The notes under the pieces were generated by a model, which did no database searches, was not told the DNA's origin, and saw only the letters and a program-made list of their open reading frames with translations. Made by a program: the position numbers and the translations under genes. Positions 25,501 to 40,804 of a stretch of DNA of 64,000 nt are shown here, one piece after another; positions within the stretch are counted from its first letter, which is position 1, and each line of letters starts with the position of its first letter. Origin of the DNA: Fimbriosthenelais zetlandica (taxonomy: Eukaryota); the NCBI GenBank assembly GCA_977030845.1, contig OZ365112.1:7068001-7132000 (forward strand). Direction: 5' to 3'.

Positions 25501-28500
25501 CTCCATATGGCTCCTTATTTTGAGCTTGGAGGACAAGTGACTTTGGATAAGTAATTGCAGGAGAGTGGAAAAAAGCTAACAGAAAGCCAGACGCTATGTG
25601 TGTACTGGCATTTCAGCTGCTCCTTTGCCAAGCGACTAATCATCCCAAGTGCTGGGCGCATCATCCAGGTGTTGGCGTTAAGCATTGATTCCCAGGTTTT
25701 TGTTCTGGTTTTTATGTCATTTTGTTCATGATGATGGCCCTTATGACAAAGACTTAACAAGAAGATTCCATTTGGTTTTGTCTACACAATTCTTCGCTCA
25801 TGATGAGTGTGTTTGGACCATGGGCAAAACATGCATCTTTAGAAATGTCACCGCTCCTAGGCTCGGATTTTTGATCAATATAGACGTAGGTTCTGGATTT
25901 GGTTAGGAGAATCTGTAATGCCACACAAACCTGCTTATCTTGCCTCTTAATCATACATGTACTAACATTTAAGAGATCTATCACAAAAGTTCTTAACACA
26001 AAACAATTATCTTTAATATGAGGTTTAATAGCTATAGGTTAGCATATATAGATTTAGATTCATGAATTCCCACTTTTAAATTTGAAACTTTTTCTATTAA
26101 ATTTGTATCCGTTTATTTATAGTCATTTCAAATTCAATGAGAAATTGTCGATCGAGGTTTCATTTCAACAGTAATACCCCCTGGTGTGATTATGAAACCT
26201 GCAAAATTTCATGAAACCCTAGGATAGCTATCCATTGCTCAGTTATCCGATATTCAAGGATAATTGCTCAACATTGCCGCGCCACAGTCATGTTACTGGG
26301 AATCATTTTAGCGAAATCATGAGAAACGTTAGTGAAATAAAGCACAATATGAAGAATAAAGATGTTTGTCTTTATTCGTTGCATAATTGTCCACTAATAC
26401 ACATGGAAAAATCACTGTCAAAGGACATAATTGAGTTTAACTCCATATTAAACAGAAATAATGGCAATGGTTATACAGCATAAAATATGAAGGACACAGA
26501 CTGGGGAGGGATGAGGCTGAGACGCCGGCTGTCGCCAGAGGGAGCATGAAATGGAGTTTTAAGGTTGGGAAGGAAGCTCAAGGGCTCATGAAATTTTGAT
26601 GCAGTCATACATTTCCCAAATTATCTTCATTTAAATACTTTTGAAAAGACTACTGTGGAAATAAGGGCTGCTCAAGAGCTCTTGAAAGGGAAAATAAATA
26701 AAGTACATGTATGTATGGAACTAATGATTTGATGCTGTTTGCCGAACAATACATTCAGACCATGACCATCTTCTGAACCTGGAGCTCAGCGAATAGGATC
26801 GTCTAGGTAAAATACATATTACAGAGACATTGCAAATAGTAAATGACAATACCACAACGTAATGCATCAACATTGGGCTATACCGTATATCCAATGAGTG
26901 ACCTCTGACTGACTGGAGACCCTTCCAAACTACTATAGTCTATAGTCTTTGGTTCTCCTTATCAGGAGTGAAATGAACACATCAGGGACGCAGTAATTGA
27001 GTGTATTAGTGGGAGGAAGGTGGGCAAATTAACTGGCCAGTAGCCACTGAATCTACTCATGTCACCCACCAATTTCTTCTCAGGTGTGACGATGCCGAAG
27101 GAGAAAGGTCTCCCCGAACCTGAATATCTTAAATTGAATTCAGCTGATTACGGTAAACTGATTAATTCCATCTTGGATAAATCAAGCTGAAAGAAATCTG
27201 TTGAAATGTTTCGCAGGTCTAATTATAGGTGATTATGTTCCGGCCAAAGGCTGATCTATAATTACCATAATTCCCATAAAGTATGAGTGCCAGCCTATAG
27301 TCTTCACTCGCGCTTTTGAGCTCAGACCTCAGTAATTATGCGAGCACCATACCTAAAGCATAACGCTGAAATGGCTAGAGACTGCCTGGCCAGAGGCTCT
27401 TTGGTGCAGAAGGCTGAATATTTCATTTCCATGTTCCTGCGGGGAAACCTGTGTTTGATACATTATCCTTCTCAAAGCTTCTTAAATTCCAGAAGGAAAC
27501 TGACCCGAGATCCTGACAGAAGATTGCTCTTTATTGCTATTATTAATTTTGCATTTTTGGCCAAAGTCAGTGATTTTCACGGATGGGCTCAGTCGGATGC
27601 TGGGAAATGAAGATCAATGCTTCGGAATGAGACAGAAGGGTATGGTTTGCTCTTGTGTTAGTTTGCAGATACATGGCAGAAAACCATGCAGGGGGTCCCC
27701 TTAGAGCGATTGGTGTCATCGCATTGGCATATACTTGAACAGAATATAGTTGAATAGACGTTACATATCAATATTAATCCCATGGTGGATGGATGTTTTT
27801 CATCAAGCTTGGGAAGTTCATGCACAAAGTCAATTCATGGTAAAGTTAGATATCGACCATTTCATGAGAGATGGTCTTCTGTGACTTTATGAGAACAACG
27901 CAGTGATAAATCAAAAGTATCTCATATCGTCTTGGCTTTATTGACCTAGGCTTTAATATTAAGTCCATATTAGCTGAGGCGAACTACATTGTAATATGAA
28001 AATGTCTGTTTTTTGGCATGAAGTTTTTAATACCATGCACATAATGTATGGTGTGTATAACGGGTCACGATGTGGTGGAGAAAGTCAAGGTGGCAGTAAG
28101 GGATGACTGGCCTTCCTCAGTGTAGAGGGGGAAAAGGTATAGCCCCTTCTATAGCTAGGTGTGGAGAAAAAACTTGACTCATCGATCAATGATTGGTGAT
28201 AAAAAATACCTGATGAGCTGTCAATGACAGGGTCTGCAGGAGATGGGCAGAGCAAGGGAAATGTATGTACTTCTGAGTAATCAATCATTTACACAGATAT
28301 AGCTTCATCAGACTGACGGTGACATTGAAGATTTATAAATTTATCATTTTCATCTTGATTCTTGGAATCAGTGATGTGGAAATGATGTCAAACAGTTCTG
28401 TCTGCTACACTCATTCCATTAAAGGAAGAGTGTTTCCATGCATGTAAAATGATCTCCTCAACTGGCAGCCGTGACACACTATCACTGATGAATGAGCATT

Positions 28501-29048
28501 GTACATTGGTTTGTCACCATGTATTTAACGCACTATAGGGTATACAATATCTAGGATTTGCAATTTCGCTCAATTGTGATTCAGAAAAAGATTTCCCCGT
28601 GTATTCTTCATCTGCTCAGGGATGTAGGGACGGAAAAAAGCAAGGAGGAAAACAAACTCCCCAGAATTATCCTCCTCCCTTGGTATTTACTTTGACTTTT
28701 GATGCTAGGCAGTTGGGGTGGAGCAGTGTGCATTTTGAGTAAAGACATCTTGTGATAAACGAGCAAAGTGGAGAGAGTATTGGTCCATAGATGACAAATC
28801 TATGATAAGAGGAAAATCCAATGAGATAAGGTAAAGCTGTAAAGGAGACGGGAATGAAGTTGAAGTAGATTTCCATCGCGTCTGGGATCAGAAGATGACC
28901 AGTAAAGTACATAGCTCCCACCAGACTTATTTCCCAGTGGTTGGTTGAATAGTTGGGGGCCGCCCGGGGTCTTTGAGCTTAGTTTGTTTGTCTGTCTTTA
29001 CTAAGATTTGGAAAGCCAAAATAAGTCTGAATGTAAGGGCTTAGACTC

Positions 29049-29137
29049 GGAGAGAGAAGAGAGGGAGGGGAGGGAGAGAGATGAGACAGAGAGAGGGGGA
29101 GAGAGAAAGTGATGAGAGAGAGGGAGGGAGAGAGAGG
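29049..29137. repeat. Imperfect GA-rich microsatellite (polypurine tract)
   Basis: Near-pure A/G tract built from GA and GGGA units. Confidence 0.9.
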
Positions 29138-32100
29138 TTGTGAAGACTGAAAAGGGGCTTGAGCACCATATAAGTGCACCCACATCCAGACACAAATGCT
29201 GTCGCTGTTTCTCCCCTCCTGCTCCTCCAGCCTTGCCCTCGGGGTTACAATGCTTTAGTTACCAGCTTCTAAAGGCAATGCATGGTTGTACATTTAGTGG
29301 GATGGGTCAGTCCCGATGGATTCCCTAAGCCAGACCGATATGGCTCATTCAGAGGGTCGTTTTGTGCATGGGGAAGCTTTTGGATTTCTCTTTAGATGTA
29401 TAATAGGCCTACACGATCTCGCCTTTTGCTAACACAGCAGTAGGTGGATGTTATGACATTTTAGAGGCCCGAATGGTATTACGATATACGAACGAGGAGC
29501 ACGGACTAAATCCTAGGCCTAGAAATAGCCATGCAGGCAGTAATGTTATCTCTTCCTCTCAAGGGAACTCTTGTTGACTTTACATACAATGCCCAATGAA
29601 TAGTATCCATTGATCAAGAACCACTGGAGTCTGTTTCAAAAGGAATATTAGCTATAGACTTAGCATTACTATTATTTCTGTTGAAACAGGTCCCTAATCA
29701 CTGGCTTGAATATGATTCAGCCGTCAGGGAAATCACAAATCATATCTGGAAAGCTGTGGCTCCAGCAACATAAAAAAGGCCATGAGGGCTAGATATTATT
29801 TTCGACTTTTGCAGGAATATAAGCTTAACACTTAGAATTCAAAAATTAAATCTTCTTAAAAATTGAAGAAAGATTCAAATAATTTACACGACAACCATAA
29901 TATCTAGGGGTACTATGTATACTCATTTTGAAGAGATTCGAATGCTTGTCACCTAACTACAACTAGTTCTATGTTCGTTTATCTTGATCAAAAACCGATC
30001 CAATTTGGGGAATACATGGCTTGTAATCCCATTTCTGTGATCAATGGCACTAACTTCAGGTGAAAGAAGCTGAGATCTGAATTCCAAATAAGAAACGTGG
30101 GTGTCCATCTTCCAATAGCTACTAGACGTATTATGTGTTAATAAACCAGTAGAATTCTGGTGAAACGGGCAAAATTGGGTTGAGGGTGGAGGTGGCTAGC
30201 TTGCTAACCCATCTTAGAATCAACCGACAACTTCTCTCTTTCCAACACTCTTTCTCCCTACTCTCTTTCCAACGTCGCCTCCCATTTCCTGTCCTCTCAT
30301 CACTTTTGGAGCTTCTACTTCCGCTCGCGGGGACTTCCGGACAGCAACAAGGGCAATGAATACCTCAAACTGAATGGGGAGAGGAGAAAGAAAGACGCCG
30401 GTCTTCTCTCTCTACCTCCTGCCATCCTATCACTCCACAGGTTGACGGGTGGTATGTAGTGCAAGACAGCCTTTACTGACCAAAGCAAAGAACACTTTCG
30501 CTAATGAATGAAAGCTTCGAGACTCAGATTACAATGTGACGTCTGAGTTTATCTATGTATAGTCGTCCTGTTTGGATATTATGTATTATTTGTTCATTTG
30601 TAAGGGCAATATATTTTCAATTAACTGGCAACCTTACGTAGGCAAGAGGAAAACCACAGGATACAAATGGCAGGCAATTGAGTTGAGTTTGAGTTTGAAG
30701 ATTTTTATTGCACATATTCGGCACAAAATTGGTCGGTCTTCCATATGTACAATGTATTTTTTAAACTAGAATTATAATATTGTGAATGTAGTGAGATATT
30801 AATTACTTCATTAAGGAATAAATATTGTCATCTAGACATTTAACAAGAAAGTGAACATAATTACATCAATTTGAATTAATTGAATTAATGATTTTGATGC
30901 ATCACTCATTGACAGTATACAGCAGGTGTAAAGGTTCATTCGACAGAACGTCTCATGATCATCACACACCTGGTTCTACCACTCTCTCATCAAGCAGTCA
31001 GTTTATACATGATATATGGTGGCTAATGAACCCTTAACCTTTTACCTGTACTGTGGTCTTTGAGCGACGATACTATCGTCTTTGAGAGACGATGATTTTC
31101 GCATGAGCACCACATTAATCTCCTGGAAGATGATATGTGCACACGAGCGATTTCTACCGTTTAAACAAGTGAATATGGTCATTTCCGATCCGATAAAGAA
31201 GCACTGGGGGAATGGAGGTGGAATTTAGTCTGAATAATTTATGATTTCTATAATCATATCTCACATTTTTTAGTTGAGCAACTGATGCAACAGGGATTAA
31301 TTCCCAAGTTGTCCTTTTGCAAGCAGCCAATTAAAAAATGGAATAAAAATGAAGTACTGACGCTGTCTGATTGAAGAGCATCTTGTCATATTAAAAAGAA
31401 ATAAAAGGATCGGATTTTTTGGTCTGCAGTGTCCCACTCAGGAACATGGACACTCCTCAAGTGACATGGGGATGGAGCATGCGGCTCCGGCTTGTATGGC
31501 ATTTGCATTTTGATTGTGCTTTACAATGCATTTTGCTGACGACCATTAAAGGGTGAGAAGATGAATTATGAATTCCGTTTTCCTTTGTAGGAACGAGTTG
31601 AATGAAAAATTATTTTCATTCTTAGTATTCTCATAAAACTCTTGCTCCGTTTAAATTCTCAAGGGTTCAGGTTTTTGACATTCCCCTGTCGTGATTAGGG
31701 AATCATCTCTGAGGTTTTGTGTTAAATTTTGAACTCTTGACATGAATCTGTAATCCAACCGAAGAGGCGCTTGGGCAATGCTCTTGGTGAATTCAGACTT
31801 TTAAAGTTTAACTTTGAAATGCTAATAAAGGGATCAGCCGGTATAGTTTTCTTCTGCCAGAAATCAGCCATATCACAATGCTATCTATAGGTCCAAGTAT
31901 GGGACACTTCCCTTACGTGACCAGGTTATAATATAAAGGCGAGGTAGGATATGCCGGAGTGAGAGATGATTGCCTTGGATGACCAAAGAGACAGGGGCTT
32001 TAAGCAAACAGGTTGATGCATCTTGTGCTGACGACAGACAAGGAGTGATTGATCACACACTGCTCAGAGCAGGATTTACCATACCTGATCCCATATAAAA

Positions 32101-34803
32101 ACACCAAGTACATCTTGGGAAATTAGATTGCTGGTTAAAATTAGGGAGTGACCAATTTGACAAGATCTCCAAGCACTTTCTCCGTCATGGTTGTCAAAGG
32201 GGGTTACAGGAGGATATCAATAGCCCCGACCAAGTTTGGCTTCGTTGTGGCTTATCAGTAAGCCTGCAGCAAAGAGGCATGGGACAGCCTTACCATAGGG
32301 ATACAAGACCCATATTGGTTCAGAAGGAAATGTAGCCATTCAAATTCAACAGATAATGTGTCAAGCAATATCGATGATGGTTTGGGTATTCATCAGATCA
32401 AATAAATCGATTTGAATTCCTCTCATGATTCCACCACGTAGCTGATGATGGAACTATTATGATGCGAGACTAAATATTACGCGCCCTGAAGATTCCCTAT
32501 TCCACCATAATTCCTATTTGAATCCCTTATTCAGCCCAAGCATTGCACTGACCCAAATCCTGCTAGGCAAATATCCTCAAAGCAAACCTTGACAAGCGCA
32601 GAAGTCATGCCAAGCATCAGAAGTTCGCTATAATGTGGATCTTCTGCAGCAGAAAGTTCAAGGGCCTTGAGCCTCAGGGGTGTCCATACAAAGGTCTCCA
32701 ACCCAATGACCGTCTGCCCATAGGGCACTGACCCTAAAGGGCAGCCTTCCTTGGGGGGATGTTGTTCCTTCTCTCAGCAGTGCATTTGGAGATGAGATGA
32801 TATCTCACGATTGGAGCAACATTTCTGGCTTTTGATTCAGATCAAGATTTATCGGGCTCCATCAGGCCATAATCTGATTATGCAAGGAATCCTTTGGGTT
32901 CTTTTTGTTAGAGTTCTAACAAAGATGAATGAGTTCTAAAGTCCCATAAAAAAGAAGTCCTGGTGGCTGGCCAGTCCAACAACAATGTATTGTGTAGTTT
33001 GGTTGAATATTGCAACGTCTTGTATGTTGATAATCCTTCGTAATATAGAACTTTTACTGAAAAGTCTCGAGGATGTATACCTACCTAATGCTTACTATGA
33101 ATTCACAATCAGTGGGCAGGGATCATAAAAGGGGGGATGAACTTCCAAAAGAGAGCAAGAAAATAGCAATAGAAAGTATGACCACATCAAAGATGGCGCC
33201 TGTCCTGAGGCAATCCATCTTTGCATGGCAGCCAAAGATCCTCAGACAATTCACCTCCCTCAACATGCCGCAGGTCATTTAGGTGCACTTGGAAAGCCAT
33301 AGACGATTGTCATGAGAGGATCTAGTTGGATTTTACTTTTTGCCATTCAGAAAGCAAGAGAAATGGAATAAAATAGCCTCAGTTGGCAAGCAGGGAAAAG
33401 CACGAGGTACTATGTCCTGGGGCTTCCATGTTAGCGGTCTGGGGAAAAGGTTGGGAGACCTTAGCTGAATTAGATTTTTCTTGGTTTGGTTTGGAGGCAC
33501 CAAGGTTTGTAAAACCATATTGAAAAGATAGTCTGACACCGTTGAAAATGGATTGCGATTAAGTATTCATACCTAAAGCATTGTACAATAGGTTGGCCTG
33601 GTAAAAGGAGGCAAATGTATTCTCATAAGCGATAAATCAACCTTATTTTATCAAAATCAACTTTCAATTCTCCCAGCCTCTTTCATCAAAAAGCAGAAAC
33701 AAAATTATGGAGAATGTCGTAAAAGATCGATTATTTTGTAACTAGCCGATGGGCATTTCACAATGAGGGAGGGAAACCATGATTTCCTTTCAAAGAAAAC
33801 CTTAGGCTCCTCAATATTTGCCATCGTTTCCGCTTCTCAAGTTTGATTAAAATGGCACTAGATCAGACTTTTGGATACTTTTCCACCAGATTTCCTAATG
33901 AGTCCGTGTGCAAACAATCTACTTATTCTCTAATGGCACCATCAATTTCTCTTTCTCAAATATCAGTGGCGATAGTAGATGGCTGTTTCGTAGCAACCAA
34001 TGCAATGAAAATAGCCATAACAGAACCTTGGGACTGACTGATAAAAGTTGGTATTATTTGTTTGTATTGCAGCACTGGCCATGCATGTGAGATAGCAGTG
34101 ATGCGGGAGATCAATTAGGTGGACAAAGCCATCGAATACCAACTATACCATAAAATATTCCCATTCAAATCCTTTGACACATTCCATAAAGTGTATGGTC
34201 TGCATATACGTAACTTCAGGATTTAGACTTCCCTTTTCTCCAGCCTTTGTGCCATGCTTTCGGGAAGGAAACTGAGCAAAAGGCCATGTATCAAACTGTA
34301 AGCACCATTCTGATACACTACACGATGAGCCACTGATACAGGCAATGTAAGATGAGATGCATAAATAGATTCGTGCGCTCAATATATAGGAGAAGTGAGA
34401 GCAGCAGAGAGAGGAGGGATTGGCATCTATTAGTATTCAAATTGATGATTGTCTGCGATGCAGAAAAGTGGATGGCTCTGCATAACTAGATGGGCGAGTT
34501 ATGAGCTGATGTGATGGACTCTCCGCAGCCTGATAGGCCTACTCGCCCCTATAGCAGGCATTGAGGCAGGCTCGGTGACAGAGTCGTCTCACAGGGGGAA
34601 TGATTCAAAAAGTAGTTATGTAACGTAGTACATATAAACTCATATACCATCCACATAGGAGCCCCTGAATAGGAAGATCTAACCACAAATGCAACTATGA
34701 TCGAATAATGAATTCAGCGAAAAAACAGTCATACTATCACCCTTCACCCTAAGTTTCAGATTTATATTTAGATTATGATTGTCATCATGAACATCTTGTC
34801 AAA

Positions 34804-34900
34804 TTCTCTCTGTCTCTCACTTCATCTATCTCTCTTCTCTTCCCCTCCTTTCTCTGTCTCTCCTCTCTCTCAGTCTCTCTCTCTCTTCTCCTCTCTTCCT
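34804..34900. repeat. Imperfect CT-rich microsatellite (polypyrimidine tract)
   Basis: Near-pure C/T tract. Confidence 0.9.
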
Positions 34901-36212
34901 AACTTACTTTGTGTAAGGGACCCATATTCCAGAGAAGCAATTATTGTCTCCATCAAAGCTTATTTCTGTACAGTGCACAGGCTGTAGCACAGTGTATGGA
35001 AATCATGCATACAGCCACAGTCACTGACCCTTACAGAACGTAGAGCGTCCATAGTTGAATTTAGAGTGCACAAGTAATACCTTATTCATGCCAAGATTAT
35101 TGGATACATTGGGATTAGCACAAAATTGAATCCAACATACCATGGAAGAGTTTGGGGTACTGGTAGGGTTTCTTTAAGATTCAATCTGGGTATACACCAT
35201 TAAATATGCATAAGATGTGATAGAATTATAGCAATTTCCAAAATATTCATGATATAGTGCATCGATCATGTTTAATTTTTAGGATTGTTCTAAGATTTAA
35301 TCTGCGTAATAATAAGGCCTATACAATGAAGGGGAAGAGATATGGCTCATAAAATATGGCATTGTATAGAAGGTTTAATCAGGGTAATAGACAAAAATGT
35401 GATTTCTGAAAAGCGTCATAAAATAGTGACATTTGATAACTTAATGGTTCTGAATAATATAATATAATACATTATCACAGAAACTTATCACACCTACCTC
35501 AGTTTTCTTCTGTAAATGCTTTTTCGTGAATGCAGCAGACACCGTGGTAACAGGCAACATGGGACCTGGAAAAGTTAAATGCCAGAGTTGATATAGATAT
35601 AGACCCAGCTGTGTCAGCTGTCATACAGTGTATTAACGAAGGAGATATTTCTCCCCTGTGGATGGCACAAAAATAGACAATAGATATATACAAAACTAGT
35701 CTAATATGTAAGGTAGAAACAATATGAACCAACGGGGTATGGGTACGTTAGGGATACAATGTACATGTAATCGGATGACCTGAGGTCCAACACCTTATAT
35801 GAAGATATAACACCTTTCTTACAGATTTGGTCCATGTTATAATAATTAAATATGATCTCCCAATAAAATTCCAACTGGTAACGGAGTGCAGTGAATGGTA
35901 TCACAATAGGACACATTGGTCAGCCTTTATAATAGGCGGATATAAATGCTGATAATTAATACTCCAATGTCTTACCCCGGGAGTAAATGGCTTTCATCCA
36001 TCCTTTGTAATTATTACATGTAGGTGTACATGATAAAACCAATCTTGGCATTAACATGCAATTTAGTGGTGGGGGGTTTGATGCTATTTGTAATTATTGG
36101 CCATTTGAGAGATGCAAAGTGGCAACATAAGAAAGAATGAGAGAGATGGATCGAGGCAAGTTCAAGGGGGCATGCCTACTTCTCCTTCTTCCCTTCTGGA
36201 TTACCCCCAGGC

Positions 36213-36320
36213 AAAGGCAGGGGGGAGGGAAATAGAGATGAGACAGAGGCACGGGGAAAGGCAGGGGAGGGAAAGGGAAATAGAGATGAGACTGAGAGAC
36301 ATGGAAAGGTGGAGAGAGAA
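36213..36320. repeat. Purine-rich low-complexity tract with an internal duplication
   Basis: GGGAAATAGAGATGAGAC and AAAGGCAGGGG are each present twice. Confidence 0.85.
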
Positions 36321-38683
36321 GTAGGCATTGGAAAGGAACTTTGTGAATGCTTGAACAGCAGGAGGGGAGCAGCAGACTTGCAAGAAGGAGGTGAGATGAG
36401 ATAGGGCCAGAGGGCAAGACTTCTATTGCTTATCAACTAAATAAGCTATCTGAAATGCCTCTATAATGGCCTGACCACAGAGATTCCAATGCTTTTAGCA
36501 GCAATACTAAGCCAACCTTGAGGCTGTTTATATACAGCTCATATAAGCTTTCCACAAACGAATGACCTATACGCCCTCATGATTGCCTGTATATTAGAGC
36601 TAACTATAATAATTAATTAGTTCAAATATACATATTTGTACAAAACATATCAAGTAGCAGGTGGATTTGAGCGGATGTGACGTATTGGTAGATATGATGT
36701 CCCCGAGGGAGACCTTCCTCGTCATGAATCAGACCAATTACGGTAAAGCAAACATGCATTGCCTCCTCACAAAATGACTTATTATCACCAATTGGAAATT
36801 ACCATCATTAGGGTGAGGGCAAAACCCCTCCATCGTTAGTGTGGGTGATATTAACCCTATACTTTCCACCAAGGTCTCCCGACTAATCAGCACAAAGCTT
36901 ATTACTGATGTCAGACCCGACAGCCAATCAGAGGCGCCGTCTCTGATAGAACCACTCAATCCCATTTTATATAATTAGCAGAAGAAAAAAGATGCTGTGA
37001 TCGGCAAGAAGTGCTTTGTCCTCTTAAACCGGATTGCGGTAATATTTTCTAGTGCTATTTTATGGACTGCAGTTTATGTTACAGGGGGGGAATGAAAAAG
37101 AAGATGAGAGAAAGATTCATTACTGGAATGTAAAGGATGAATGAAAGAATGAAGATGGATAAAATGTTGATGAATTAACGTATTGGTTGTACATAAAGTG
37201 TCATCATAATCTCAAAATGAATGGATGAAGGGATGCGGCTTCTGGATAGATAAATGACTGAAGGCTTTGGGCTTTACGATATATTCAAATTTGTACCATC
37301 TATGAATATTTAAATCCCGTTGCATTTCAATCAGTTATAGATATAACACATTTTAATATTATCTCATGATCTACGAGTCAAAAGGTCTATGGTTGTACTA
37401 AAGGGGACGCATGACTAAATAATATATAGACTCTAATGCCACACCATATATATCATCCTTTCATCACAAAGAATCTCTCTTGCCAAGGTAGCTCGGGAGT
37501 TAACATAAAAGTCTATGTGACTGCATCAATGTTAATTACAAACCTATTACCAACACTGATAGGTGTATATAGCCGCCTTAGTCCGTTGATAATAGACGAT
37601 AATCTCGGCCTCCCAGCCATTCTTCCCCTGCTTTTAAAGGCATGAGACATGGCTGGAATGTGTTCAATCATGGCGGTTTAGGTTGTCGTCAGACAGCTAA
37701 GATGTCTCAGCTATAGGCCAGTTAACAATGACTGAATGAGTACTCCTGCCTCATGCATGTTAAGACAATGGACAATGGAGAAAAGTTCAAGAGACAAATA
37801 GTGGTTAGATATATGAGGGACATTCTCTTCTAAGTTGTATGTCATGATGTCTCACTTTCCTCCTTAGAAGAGTCTCATACCAGACATACAAGTCATAACA
37901 ATGACGTACCAAGCACTAGATAAAGACCACGGAATAACAAAAGTGCTTTTACAATTGCTTAAAAATACTCATCTGTCACAAGGCATTCTTCCCTTGAATG
38001 ATACTTGCTTTGCCATTCTACACGTTAGAGAATATATATATGTATTCTCTCTAGTCAGCTTCATAGTGGCAGTTCTGGAGTATCTAGTGAATGCAGACTC
38101 GCTCATGTCATGTCAAGTTTTTGTTCTGGCTATATATGCAATTGCCTGCCAATTGCCTATATGCAATAGTTCCTCTTCCAACCTTTCTTGTAATATCAAT
38201 ACAATATATGGAATATATACATAGCATACACATATGCCAGTAAAATGTATACATGCATGTGCTAGGCATTAACATAATGTCTTTATTGGACTTGCACAAA
38301 GCTCAAACAAAAAAAACTGATCACCACCGCTAAAGACACAGTGTGATAATTGGTTCATTTAGAGCTTCCACAGCCCTTCACTGATTGACCATTAACCCTC
38401 GACATTCATTCCTGACCGTGAGAACCTGATATGGATCTATTTCATAAATCCCATGAAAGGATGAGTTAACTATCCACACGCTAGATGGGGTTTACTGAGA
38501 GGTCAGTCTTACATGTGTTGTCAGTAATGAGATCTTACCCATTAGGTCTACTGTCGGCACTCGCTCAGAAGACAACAAAATTAATCCTGTAATTTAAGCA
38601 TTGCGGAAAGCATGCAAAGGACCATTCTCTCCATACCGGAGAAATTGGATAAGTGTTCAGCAAGCTTTAAGAGTAATGCCGAT

Positions 38684-38857
38684 GATTTTGCTTGCGACAC
38701 TCCTGCGATAAAGGGGATGCTTGTGTCGCAGAAAATTCATGAAGTGTGCACGGATTTAAGGCCGTTTTTCAGTGGTAGATTTATTATTGCGACACAAGCA
38801 TCACCTTTGTCGCAGCAGTGTCGCAAGCAAAATCGCAGCAGTGGAGTCCCGGCTTTA
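38684..38857. mobile_element. MITE family A, copy 1 (PIF/Harbinger-like, left terminus truncated)
   Basis: The 47-bp inverted arms at 38684-38730 and 38788-38834 differ at 3 positions. The right end GCAGCAGTGGAGTCCCGGCTTTA is the reverse complement of the left end of the copy at 53858. Confidence 0.85.
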
Positions 38858-40490
38858 GATAAGCATAAGTTTCACTAAGACAGTGCTTGTTACAGCAATG
38901 GCCATTTATGGCAGCTTGATGGCATGATGATATACGCCAATCCATACTGGGGCGGTACGAACTTGTATTACGATGCATGGAGATTTAGGAAGCATTGTGG
39001 GGCAATCAGTGAGGGAAACAACATTAGCTTTTTTTACAGTGTGTCTCACCGATTGCAATATACCAGTTCTCAGTATAACGAGTATCAGATAAAGGTATTA
39101 TATAGATCTATGGAGTGCTCACACCGTTGTTAACATTTATCAAGTCAGGCTGGGCAAATAGGAAGATGATAATAAAAGATGTGATTAAATGTGAAAGGGA
39201 AGAAGGATGTGATTAAGTCTGGCCCAAGCACATTTTGAGAGAAGAAAAGATTTCATTGCACAATCAATTTACTCCTCTTCTGGGACGCCTGCCACTGCTA
39301 TTATTGATACCTGAAGTGGATGTGACTTAAAAAAAGAAAGAAAAGAAGACTGAATAAGGTGTTCTTTTAGGCGTTGGCACTTTAGACCCAACTGATTGAT
39401 TTAATTCTGTTAGAAGTGTGTTGGATTAGCCGCCTAAGTCTAGGAGGCGTGTGTTGCGTGTATAATTGAGACTAATGACCACTCTTGGTAAATGTGGTAG
39501 AAATTCCACTCCAATCAAGATCCACTGTTAGAAGGGAAGAATCAGTCTGTAGAGGAAAAATTATCTTCTTGGCCTCCCTTGACCATAAGAATTAATTGCT
39601 CAGAAACTACTAATCCAGTAGAGCCATGAGCGGTAATAAATCGAGGCCTAATCGGTAAAGTTGTGGCTCTCTGGATTTTGCAGCAATTAATTATTGTGAC
39701 AGCTGAGCACCATTGTATTAATCTCTGAAACTATTGCACAGTGAACCATGGAGGTGAATGGTATCATTCAGAGGAAAGGACTTAGCTCAAGATGTCCTTT
39801 CAAACTATGAATAGCCGCAGGTATTATAGAAGTATTATTCCATGCGGGTATATTTATTTGAAACCAGTGACACTGGAATAGCAGTGACATACATTGTTAT
39901 TTTAAACGATATCCCGTCTAAAATATATGAGAAACTAAGTGAAAAGCAGTTAAGCCAACATAAAATAGATGTTGGAAAATATATAATGCTCAAAATAGGA
40001 TTGTTCTATAGATAAAAAAAAAAAAAAGTGCTGTGCGACTTCTATAGGTGCAACAGGTGCCTGTGGCATCAATCGATACAAAGGGAACTTTCAGGTCTGA
40101 GTTAATGACCTATATGGAACTTTATATATCATACAGAAATGGCGCTAAAAAGGCAATTCACATAAAGGAAAAATTAGTCACCCACGTTCATATTACAGCC
40201 GAGTATTGGAGAATAATATGAAATGAAGTTACAATGGTGGTCTCAACAAAACAATATTTGATTTTCTAGGCTGATTTTCCAAACAATTTAGCACAAAGTG
40301 GGCTTTCGTGATCAGATTCAAGACTGGCTTAGTGACACTGGCAATCAGGAAGCCATGATAATCCCATCCGTCTTAGTTTGACATCCCCTAAAAACCAAAT
40401 GTTTTTTTCCTGACACGTCCTCAGCTTACACCAAAGGAATTGACAGACAACAATTGGTTGGCTGTCTGCATGGACTCTTCAAGGTGACAC

Positions 40491-40804
40491 TTAAGGTACT
40501 CCTGTTACCAAAACTAATGATCTTTTTTTCTTTTGAATCAATCACTGTGTGTTTCGGGCCAAGGCCATATATATTTTCGTCCATATAAAATAGCAAATTC
40601 CCTTGAATTTTTTCTCATGTTTTTAAAACAATACCTAACAATTTAAGTTTCCCCTTGTGTTAATCTTACATTGTCTTGATCAGCCTTGGGTAGGAATGCG
40701 TGTTTGAATACAGTGATACTGTAACATATCTCTTGGTCAGTTTTTTAATTGGGCGGATTTTGTGTCAGTGGCAGGTTTGTAAGCTCATGACAGAGTCCCA
40801 TTAA
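40491..40804. mobile_element. Possible TTAA-flanked non-autonomous DNA transposon (Kolobok-like MITE)
   Basis: TTAA occurs at both ends. The termini form an imperfect inverted pair: TTAAGGTACTCCTGTTA versus the reverse complement TTAATGGGACTCTGTCA. Single copy in the window. Confidence 0.35.

Noticed and set aside
28979-36436. Ser/Leu/Pro-rich and Arg/Glu-rich ORFs at 28979-29195, 34775-34987 and 36094-36436
   Set aside because: They are translations of GA/CT microsatellites.
40014-40027. A14 run as a retroposon poly(A) tail
   Set aside because: No target-site duplication or recognisable element upstream.
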